Shown: one piece after another, positions 31,471 to 39,407 of the stretch | Layout of the letters: every line of letters begins with the position of its first letter | Position numbering within the stretch: the stretch's first letter is position 1 | From: an uncultured Aquimarina sp. | GTDB lineage: Bacteria > Bacteroidota > Bacteroidia > Flavobacteriales > Flavobacteriaceae | Direction: 5' to 3' | Length of the DNA stretch: 64,000 bases | NCBI GenBank assembly: GCA_938011245.1 | Contig: CALLUJ010000002.1 | Location: 28,888-92,887, forward strand | Translations under genes and position numbers: made by a program | Notes under the pieces: model-generated | What the model was told of the DNA's origin: nothing | The model's database searches: none | The model's input: only the letters and a program-made list of their open reading frames with translations

Positions 31471-33159
31471 ATGCAAGAAAGCGAAGCCCTCCTAAAAGTA
31501 AATAATTTATCTATTTCGTTTAATGAAAAGCAAATTATTCATAATGTTTCTTTTTCAATTAAACCAAATACTATTTTAGGTGTTGTAGGGGAATCTGGTA
31601 GTGGTAAATCGGTTACTTCAATGGCAATAATGGGGTTGTTGCCTAATAAAATCACAAAAATTAATTCTGGAGAAATTTTATATAACACTAATAATATTTT
31701 AGAGTTCTCTAAAGAAGAATATCAACGTTTACGAGGTAACAATATTGGAATGATTTTTCAGGAACCTATGAGTGCTCTAAACCCTTCGATGCGTTGTGGT
31801 AAACAAGTGGCAGAAGTATTGCAATTACATTTAAATTTGCCGTTAAAAAAAGCAAAAAACATAGTAATGCAACTTTTTACGAAAGTGAAATTACCTAATG
31901 TAGAGCGAATATACAATTCTTACCCTCATGAGCTTAGTGGAGGACAAAAACAACGTATTGTAATAGCTATGGCTATAGCATGTAAGCCAGCTTTACTTAT
32001 AGCAGACGAACCTACAACAGCTTTGGATGTTACTGTTCAAAAGGAAATTATAGAACTGTTAAAAATGCTTCAGCAAGAGTATAAGATGTCTATAATTTTT
32101 ATTTCTCACGATCTTAACTTGGTTAGTGAAATTGCCAATGAAACTTTAGTAATGTACCAAGGAAAAATTTTGGAACATCAAAAAACAGATAAATTATTTT
32201 TTAGCCCTAAAACAGAATATACCAAAGCACTTATTACTTCGAGACCTAATGATACTATTAGACTTAAAAGATTGCCTACGGTTTCAGATTATATAAACAA
32301 TCAAGTTATTGAAAACCGTATTACACAGCAAGAAAGAAAACAAAAGCATATTGTAACCTACGCTCAAAAACCATTGTTACGAATTGAAAGCGTAAGTAAA
32401 ATATTTACAATTAATAAGGGGTGGTTTTCAAAAAAACAATTTAAAGCAGTAGATAACGTTAGTTTTTCTATTTATGAAGGAGAAACACTTGGGCTAGTTG
32501 GAGAGTCTGGATGTGGAAAATCTACTTTAGGGAATTTAATTTTAAATTTAACTCCATTAACCAAAGGAACCATTTTTTATAAAGATAAAGATATAAGTCA
32601 ATTATCAAATTCAGAAATGAAAACCTTAAGAAAAGATATTCAGTTAATTTTTCAAGATCCTTTTGCTAGCTTAAATCCTAAAATTACTATTGGAAAAGCT
32701 ATAATGGAACCTATGATTGCGCATCAATTATGGGAAAACAATACACAAAGAAAACATAAAGTATTGGAACTGCTAAAACGTGTAGGTTTAGATGAATCAT
32801 ATTACAATAGGTACCCGCATGAGTTTAGTGGAGGTCAGAGACAACGAATTGGAATTGCAAGAACTATAGCATTACAACCCAAATTAATTGTTTGTGACGA
32901 ATCGGTAAGTGCTTTAGATATTTCGGTTCAAGCACAAGTTTTAAATTTATTAAACGAACTTAAAGAGAATTATAAATTTACATACCTATTTATATCTCAC
33001 GATTTGTCGGTAGTAAAATACATGGCAGATAATTTATTAGTAATGAAAGAAGGTAAAATAGTAGAATCGGGAGAAGCAGACTATCTCTATAATAATCCAA
33101 AACAAACATACACCCAGCAGTTAATAGGTGCAATTCCAAAGGCAATTTCAAACGATTAA
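31471..33159 (+). CDS. ABC transporter ATP-binding protein, two fused NBDs (oligopeptide type)
   Basis: GESGSGKS and GESGCGKS Walker A motifs; LSGGQ and FSGGQ signatures. Confidence 0.95.
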   Translation: MQESEALLKVNNLSISFNEKQIIHNVSFSIKPNTILGVVGESGSGKSVTSMAIMGLLPNKITKINSGEILYNTNNILEFSKEEYQRLRGNNIGMIFQEPMSALNPSMRCGKQVAEVLQLHLNLPLKKAKNIVMQLFTKVKLPNVERIYNSYPHELSGGQKQRIVIAMAIACKPALLIADEPTTALDVTVQKEIIELLKMLQQEYKMSIIFISHDLNLVSEIANETLVMYQGKILEHQKTDKLFFSPKTEYTKALITSRPNDTIRLKRLPTVSDYINNQVIENRITQQERKQKHIVTYAQKPLLRIESVSKIFTINKGWFSKKQFKAVDNVSFSIYEGETLGLVGESGCGKSTLGNLILNLTPLTKGTIFYKDKDISQLSNSEMKTLRKDIQLIFQDPFASLNPKITIGKAIMEPMIAHQLWENNTQRKHKVLELLKRVGLDESYYNRYPHEFSGGQRQRIGIARTIALQPKLIVCDESVSALDISVQAQVLNLLNELKENYKFTYLFISHDLSVVKYMADNLLVMKEGKIVESGEADYLYNNPKQTYTQQLIGAIPKAISND

Positions 33160-33315
33160 TTAGCCTATTAGAAATAATTTTTTTAAAATATAAAATATAC
33201 CCGAAAAGAACTCGCTAGTGTCTCCTTTTTTGTAGCTTTTTGTATTTTGTATAGTTACACTTTTAGTTTGTGCACTAGTAGCATTTAGAGTCTTTGACGG
33301 TAACGTAGCTTCCAT
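33160..33315 (-). CDS. Small 51-aa ORF below the ORF-track cut-off
   Basis: Hand translation: MEATLPSKTLNATSAQTKSVTIQNTKSYKKGDTSEFFSGIFYILKKLFLIG*. Its stop abuts the ABC gene stop; A/T-rich leader with a candidate promoter. Confidence 0.6.
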   Translation of the reverse strand: MEATLPSKTLNATSAQTKSVTIQNTKSYKKGDTSEFFSGIFYILKKLFLIG

Positions 33316-33526
33316 TAAATCTATATCCTAATTATTAATTAATTTTGAAAGGTTTAAATATATAACTTTTTAAAATTCAAATCGACTAAAAGTATTTAAA
33401 AATCGATTAAAAACGTGATTTTTTAACATTTATCAAAAAAAATATCGTTTTAGTATTAAAAACTGCATTTTATGAAAATAATTGTGTGTAAAAAAATGAT
33501 ATTTTTAAAAATTAAAATGTTCTTTT

Positions 33527-33578
33527 TATTAAGCATGTAATTTGAGCCTTAAATAAGGCTCAAATTACATGCTTAATA
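33527..33578. repeat. Perfect 25-bp inverted repeat
   Basis: TATTAAGCATGTAATTTGAGCCTTA-AA-TAAGGCTCAAATTACATGCTTAATA. Confidence 0.95.
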
Positions 33579-33680
33579 TTTTTTTAATAAGAGTATATAT
33601 TTCAACCTCTAATAAACATAATGCCTATTTATAATTTTAAGTAATGCAATATGAATAATGTATTGCGGCGTTTATTTATT

Positions 33681-34322
33681 CTATTTAATATCAGGTTGCG
33701 GAGTTGTACGTAAATAAGGCTTAATAACAGTATGTCCTTTTGGAAACAAAGTAGGGATATCTTCGGTTTTTATCGCAGGAGATACCACGCAATCGTCACC
33801 ATTTTTCCAATTAGCAGGAGTAGCTAATTTTTGATATGCTGTAAGTTGTAACGAATCAATAACTCGTACTAATTCATCAAAATTTCGACCTGTCGATGCA
33901 GGATATATTAAAATAAGTTTTATTTTTTTATCAGCACCAATTACAAAAACAGAACGTACAGTAAGTGTATTATCTGCTTTAGGATGAATCATATCGTATA
34001 GCGTAGCTACTTTTCTGTCTTCATCTGCTATAATAGGGAAATTTACAGTAGTATTTTGAGTTTCGTTAATATCTTTAATCCATCCATGATGTGATTCAAC
34101 GCCATCTACGCTAAGTGCGGCTACTTTTACATTTCTTTTTTTGAATTGTTCGGTATATTTAGCAACAGTGCCTAATTCGGTAGTACAAACAGGCGTATAA
34201 TCTGCAGGGTGCGAAAATAAAATACCCCAACTATCTCCTAACCATTCGTGAAAATTAATTTCCCCTTCAGAAGTTTGTGCGGTAAAGTCGGGAGCTGTAT
34301 CCCCTAATCTAAGTGCTGACAT
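33681..34322 (-). CDS. 1-Cys peroxiredoxin (Prx6 family)
   Basis: LFSHPADYTPVCTTELG, YPASTGRNFDE, ATPANW. Confidence 0.95.
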   Translation of the reverse strand: MSALRLGDTAPDFTAQTSEGEINFHEWLGDSWGILFSHPADYTPVCTTELGTVAKYTEQFKKRNVKVAALSVDGVESHHGWIKDINETQNTTVNFPIIADEDRKVATLYDMIHPKADNTLTVRSVFVIGADKKIKLILIYPASTGRNFDELVRVIDSLQLTAYQKLATPANWKNGDDCVVSPAIKTEDIPTLFPKGHTVIKPYLRTTPQPDIK

Positions 34323-34562
34323 TATTTTAATTTTTTATTATTATTACTATTGGTAGTCGAAATTTTATTTACGTATTATCAGTTTAATAAAAATCAATAT
34401 ATATTTATTAAGCCAAAAAAATATTTCGCCTTAATAAATATACAAAAGCTTTTTTGATTACAGATACATTAGCGTTTATTGTAAAAATTAAAGAAAAGGA
34501 GTTCTATAGCAGAAAGTAATAAAATAATAAATTGCTGTTTCGAAGATTTTTTAAATAAAACT

Positions 34563-34632
34563 GACTAAAAGTCACTTACCAGTCTTTAAAATCGGACATT
34601 TTGTCTTTTTTAAAGGTTGGTATTGTAATTGA
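34563..34632 (+). promoter_or_regulatory. clpB upstream region: two GAC-N5-GTC boxes plus sigma54-like -24/-12 element
   Basis: GACTAAAAGTC (34563-34573), GACATTTTGTC (34595-34605), TTGGTATTGTAATTGA (34617-34632; GG-N10-GA). Confidence 0.55.
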
Positions 34633-34688
34633 CTACTAAGAGTACAACACAACTAAATTGAAAAATTTGGTTCTAAAACTCTTAGATA

Positions 34689-37271
34689 ATGAATTTTAAT
34701 AATTATACCATAAAGTCTCAAGAAGCCGTACAACAAGCACAACAAATTGCGCAAAGCTATGGGCATCAGCAAATAGAAAATGAGCATATTTATAAGGCAA
34801 TAACTGAAGTAGACGAAAATGTACTGCCGTATTTGCTTAAAAAACTCAATGTAAATCAGCAGCTAATAAATCAAATTTTAGAGAGTACGCTACAAAGTTT
34901 TTCGAAGGTAACAGGAGGGCAACTACAGTTAGGAAGAGAAGCAAATACTACTTTGTTAGAAGCGAGTACAATTGCTAAAAAAATGAAAGATGAGTATGTG
35001 TCTATAGAGCATTTGTTGTTAGCCATTTTTGATTCTAAAAGTAAGATAGCTCAAATTCTAAAAGACCAAGGAGTCACTAAGAAAGGGTTACAGTCAGCTA
35101 TAGAACAAGTGCGTAATGGAGAGCGTGTTACCTCCCAAAGTGCCGAAGATACCTATCAATCCTTAAATAAATATGCTAAAAACCTTAACGATTTAGCCGA
35201 GAAAGGTAAATTAGATCCAGTAATTGGTAGAGACGATGAAATTCGTAGAGTTTTACAAATTTTATCCCGAAGAACTAAAAATAACCCTATGCTAGTAGGT
35301 GAGCCGGGTACAGGTAAAACCGCTATTGCAGAAGGTTTGGCTCATCGTATTATTTCTGGAGATGTGCCAGAAAACTTAAAAGAAAAACAGTTGTTTTCTT
35401 TAGATATGGGAGCACTTATTGCAGGAGCGAAATACAAAGGAGAATTCGAAGAACGTTTAAAATCGGTAGTAAAAGAAGTAACCAATTCGGATGGAAATAT
35501 TATTCTTTTTATAGACGAAATTCATACACTAGTTGGAGCAGGTGGTGGAGAAGGAGCTATGGATGCTGCAAATATTTTGAAACCGGCTTTAGCTAGAGGG
35601 GAGCTTAGGGCTATTGGAGCTACAACTTTAGATGAATATCAAAAATACTTTGAAAAAGATAAGGCCTTGGAACGACGTTTTCAAAAAATACTTGTAGAAG
35701 AGCCAGATACAGAAAGCGCTATATCTATTTTAAGAGGAATTAAAGATAAGTACGAAACCCACCATAAGGTTCGTATTTTAGATGAAGCTATTATAGGAGC
35801 AGTAGAATTATCACAGCGCTATATTTCCAATCGTTTTTTGCCGGATAAAGCAATAGACTTAATGGACGAGGCAGCTTCTAAATTGAGAATGGAAATTAAT
35901 TCTAAGCCTTTAGAATTAGATGTTTTGGATCGAAAAATAATGCAATTGGAAATAGAAATAGAAGCTATTAAGCGCGAAAATGATGTAGAAAAATTAAAAG
36001 GACTAAATGCAGAATTAGCAAACCTTAAAGAAGAACGCAATGCTATTTATACCAAATGGAGTGGAGAAAAAGAGGTGGTAGATAACATTCAACAGCATAA
36101 ACGGGAAATAGAAGAATTAAATTTAGAAGCCGATAGGGCAGAGCGTAATGGAGACTATGGAAAAGTGGCCGAGTTACGCTACGGAAAAATAAAAGAAAAG
36201 CAAGAAGTTTTAGAGAAGCTTATGGCTACCTCTGCAGATAAAGGGGAAAGTGCTTTAATTAAAGAAGATGTTACTTATGAAAACATTGCCGAGGTTGTAG
36301 CTAAATGGACAGGAATTCCAGTAACCAAGATGCTACAAAGCGATCGAGAAAAATTATTAAAGTTGGAAGACGAATTGCATAAACAGGTAGTAGGACAACA
36401 TAATGCTATTGAGGCAGTAAGTGATGCTATTCGAAGAAGTAGAGCAGGGCTTCAAAACCCAAGTAAACCCATAGGTACTTTTTTGTTTTTAGGAACTACT
36501 GGAGTTGGAAAAACGGAATTAGCCAAAGCTTTAGCAAACTATTTATTTAATGATGAAACAGCTATGGCACGTATTGATATGAGCGAATATCAAGAACGTC
36601 ATTCGGTAAGTAGGTTAGTAGGAGCACCTCCTGGCTATATAGGATACGATGAAGGAGGGCAGCTTACCGAAGCAGTACGTAGAAAACCTTATTCGGTAAT
36701 ATTATTAGATGAAATAGAAAAAGCACATCCAGATACGTTTAATATTTTGTTACAACTATTAGATGAAGGAAGATTAACTGATAATAAAGGACGAACAGCC
36801 GATTTTAGAAATACGATTATAATTATGACTTCTAATATGGGGAGTGAAATTATAAAGGATAAATTTGAAACTATCGATAACCCAGAAAAGGCATCTGAAT
36901 TAGCTAAAATTGAAGTTTTGGGAGTTTTAAAACAACAACTTCGCCCAGAATTTTTAAATAGAATTGACGATATTGTAATGTTTAGCCCATTAACACAAGA
37001 TAATATTACCGAAATTGTAGATATACAATTAAAAGGTTTAGCCCGTATGTTGTCGGAACAAAATATAACTATAGATGCGACCACAGAAGCTAAAGTTTTG
37101 TTATCAGAAAAAGGGTTTGACCCAGAATTTGGAGCAAGACCAGTAAAAAGAAGCATACAAAAGTTGGTTTTGAATGAGCTGTCTAAAAAAATGCTCTCTG
37201 GAGAGGTAAAAAAGGAAAGCACAATTCTTATAGATACCTTCGATTCTAAAATTGTTTTTAGGAATATTTAA
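34689..37271 (+). CDS. clpB: Chaperone ClpB
   Basis: Two AAA+ modules (GEPGTGKT, GTTGVGKT), coiled-coil M domain with AELRYG, GARPVKR. Confidence 0.98.
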   Translation: MNFNNYTIKSQEAVQQAQQIAQSYGHQQIENEHIYKAITEVDENVLPYLLKKLNVNQQLINQILESTLQSFSKVTGGQLQLGREANTTLLEASTIAKKMKDEYVSIEHLLLAIFDSKSKIAQILKDQGVTKKGLQSAIEQVRNGERVTSQSAEDTYQSLNKYAKNLNDLAEKGKLDPVIGRDDEIRRVLQILSRRTKNNPMLVGEPGTGKTAIAEGLAHRIISGDVPENLKEKQLFSLDMGALIAGAKYKGEFEERLKSVVKEVTNSDGNIILFIDEIHTLVGAGGGEGAMDAANILKPALARGELRAIGATTLDEYQKYFEKDKALERRFQKILVEEPDTESAISILRGIKDKYETHHKVRILDEAIIGAVELSQRYISNRFLPDKAIDLMDEAASKLRMEINSKPLELDVLDRKIMQLEIEIEAIKRENDVEKLKGLNAELANLKEERNAIYTKWSGEKEVVDNIQQHKREIEELNLEADRAERNGDYGKVAELRYGKIKEKQEVLEKLMATSADKGESALIKEDVTYENIAEVVAKWTGIPVTKMLQSDREKLLKLEDELHKQVVGQHNAIEAVSDAIRRSRAGLQNPSKPIGTFLFLGTTGVGKTELAKALANYLFNDETAMARIDMSEYQERHSVSRLVGAPPGYIGYDEGGQLTEAVRRKPYSVILLDEIEKAHPDTFNILLQLLDEGRLTDNKGRTADFRNTIIIMTSNMGSEIIKDKFETIDNPEKASELAKIEVLGVLKQQLRPEFLNRIDDIVMFSPLTQDNITEIVDIQLKGLARMLSEQNITIDATTEAKVLLSEKGFDPEFGARPVKRSIQKLVLNELSKKMLSGEVKKESTILIDTFDSKIVFRNI

Positions 37272-37274
37272 TTT

Positions 37275-37290
37275 TTGGCACACTATTTGA
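37275..37290 (+). promoter_or_regulatory. Sigma54-like -24/-12 element immediately after the clpB stop
   Basis: TTGGCACACTATTTGA (GG-N10-GA; TTGGCAC matches the -24 consensus). Confidence 0.6.
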
Positions 37291-37300
37291 TCTATTAAAT

Positions 37301-37373
37301 ATAGTTTAGTTAGTTTTAAGTTAGTTGGTTAGTAACGCTCGTAAGATTTTATATCTTACGGGCGTTGTTTATT
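37301..37373 (+). ncRNA. Candidate small RNA with AGUU/UUAG repeats and terminal hairpin
   Basis: C-free 33-nt repeat tract between a sigma54-like promoter and a 14-bp terminator hairpin; no ORF. Confidence 0.45.
37334..37373 (+). terminator. Intrinsic terminator after clpB/candidate sRNA
   Basis: AACGCTCGTAAGAT-TTTAT-ATCTTACGGGCGTT followed by GTTTATTT. Confidence 0.85.
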
Positions 37374-37569
37374 TAAGTAATAAACTTGATATGTTTAATC
37401 TCTACAAGTTTAGTTACCAGATGTTTGCATCGTACAAAGAAGAAATTTTTGAAAATCGTAGGTTTTCATCAAAGAAATTAGAATTCTAACAAATACGTTG
37501 CATGCTTGTATCGAGGAAATTTATTAATTACATAATTTAATCAAAAAAGAAGTATTTTAGTAGCAAATT

Positions 37570-38037
37570 ATGAAGACAAAAGTACAAACGGTAAATATCC
37601 AAAATAAAAAAGCCAAATTTGAATTTGAAATTTTGGATAAATACACCGCAGGAATTGTACTGCGAGGTACCGAAATTAAAGCGATACGCGAAGGTAAAGC
37701 AAGTATTGCCGAGAGTTTTTGCGAGTTTAATGATAAAGGAGAGCTTTTTGTGGTGAATATGACTATTCAAGAATATTCACATGCTACTTACTTTAATCAT
37801 AATCCTAAATCGGAACGTAAGCTATTATTAAATAAAAGAGAACTTAAAAAATTGGAAAAAGAAGTTTCTCAAAAAGGATTAACCATTGTTCCTTTAAAAG
37901 TTTTTACTACAGAAAAAGGCTTTGCTAAAATGATTATTGCATTAGCTAAAGGAAAAAAGATATATGATAAACGAGAGACAATAAAAGATAGAGACAATAA
38001 AAAAGATTTAGCGCGTATAAAAAAGAATTTTTCATAA
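37570..38037 (+). CDS. smpB: SsrA-binding protein
   Basis: NKKAKFEF, AGIVLRGTEIKAIR, RKLLL, GKKIYDKRE. Confidence 0.98.
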   Translation: MKTKVQTVNIQNKKAKFEFEILDKYTAGIVLRGTEIKAIREGKASIAESFCEFNDKGELFVVNMTIQEYSHATYFNHNPKSERKLLLNKRELKKLEKEVSQKGLTIVPLKVFTTEKGFAKMIIALAKGKKIYDKRETIKDRDNKKDLARIKKNFS

Positions 38038-38072
38038 TTCATTTGTAGCACTCTAATCGATACCTTTGGGGG

Positions 38073-39404
38073 ATGCTTCATTTATTTCAACAACATATTA
38101 TTAAATACTTTCCTAAACTTACAGAAGCAAAGCTTGGTGTTGCTATTAGTGGAGGAGTAGATAGTGTTGTGTTGGCTCATTTGTGTTTACGTTCGGGAAT
38201 ATCCATTTCGTTATTACATTGTAATTTTCAATTAAGAGGCATTAGTAGTGATGGAGATCAATCCTTTGTAAAACGTCTTTCCGAAGTTTGGGGAGTCCCG
38301 TTTATTACCACAGAGTTTAATACCAAGGGCTATATAGAAACTCATAAAACTTCGGTTCAACTTGGGGCAAGAGAATTGAGGTATAAATGGTTTCAAAAAA
38401 TGAGTAAGTTGTATTATTTAGATGGGATTGCTACAGCACATCATGCCGATGATAATTTAGAAACTTTTTTAATTAATTTATCTAGAGGGACAGGTATAGA
38501 GGGTTTAACAGGAATTCCTATAGTTAATGGAATATATATACGCCCGTTGTTACCTTTTTCTAAAGAAACGATTATTACTTATGCTAAAGAAAACAAGCTT
38601 TTATGGCGAGAAGATGCAAGTAATGCCGAAACCAAATACTTGAGAAATAAGTATAGACACACAGTTATTCCAGCCATAAAAGAAGCTCAGCCCAGCGTAT
38701 TGAACAATTTTAATACTACTATAGAATATTTGCAGCAGACGCAAGCATTAGTGAAAGCATATGTTTCGAAATTTAAAAACAAACACTTCAAAGAAGAGAA
38801 AGCTTATAATGGTTATCAAATAAACATAGAAGCAATTATAAAGGAACCTCAATCAGAAATATTATTATTTGAATTATTTAAAGAATATGGATTTACAGCT
38901 TGGTCAGATGTTTCTTCGCTTTTGAAAGCACAGTCAGGAAAAAAAATACTTTCATCTACCCATATTTTGTTAAAAGATAGAACCCATTTAATACTTTATG
39001 TTAAAAAGCAAGAAATAAAGGAAACTTTTGAGTTAACAAGTAACGAGGCTGCAATAGAGCTCTCGGAGAAGGAAACACTATCAATCTTAAAAGTAAGTAA
39101 AAGTGAACCCAATAAAAATAACAATGTAGTATATTTAGAGGCAGAAAAGTTGGAATATCCTTTAATTGTAAGAAAGAAGAAAGATGGCGACTATTTTTAT
39201 CCTACAGGAATGTTAGGAAAAAAGAAACTTAGCAAATATTTTAAGGACGAAAAATTTTCTATTCCCCAGAAAAATGTCACATGGTTGCTATGTTCTGGAG
39301 ACAATATTGTATGGGTAATGGGATATAGGGCCGATAAGAGATTTTTAATTGACGAAAAGTCAAAAACAATACTAAAACTAGAGTTTATAACAAACAGTAA
39401 ATAG
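38073..39404 (+). CDS. tilS: tRNA(Ile)-lysidine synthetase
   Basis: PP-loop SGGVDS, ARELRY, TAHHADD, RPLL, RNKYR. Confidence 0.96.
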   Translation: MLHLFQQHIIKYFPKLTEAKLGVAISGGVDSVVLAHLCLRSGISISLLHCNFQLRGISSDGDQSFVKRLSEVWGVPFITTEFNTKGYIETHKTSVQLGARELRYKWFQKMSKLYYLDGIATAHHADDNLETFLINLSRGTGIEGLTGIPIVNGIYIRPLLPFSKETIITYAKENKLLWREDASNAETKYLRNKYRHTVIPAIKEAQPSVLNNFNTTIEYLQQTQALVKAYVSKFKNKHFKEEKAYNGYQINIEAIIKEPQSEILLFELFKEYGFTAWSDVSSLLKAQSGKKILSSTHILLKDRTHLILYVKKQEIKETFELTSNEAAIELSEKETLSILKVSKSEPNKNNNVVYLEAEKLEYPLIVRKKKDGDYFYPTGMLGKKKLSKYFKDEKFSIPQKNVTWLLCSGDNIVWVMGYRADKRFLIDEKSKTILKLEFITNSK

Positions 39405-39407
39405 TTT

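Noticed and set aside
37391-37489. 32-aa ORF MFNLYKFSYQMFASYKEEIFENRRFSSKKLEF between the clpB terminator and smpB
   Set aside because: No clear promoter or motif; length is within chance expectation.
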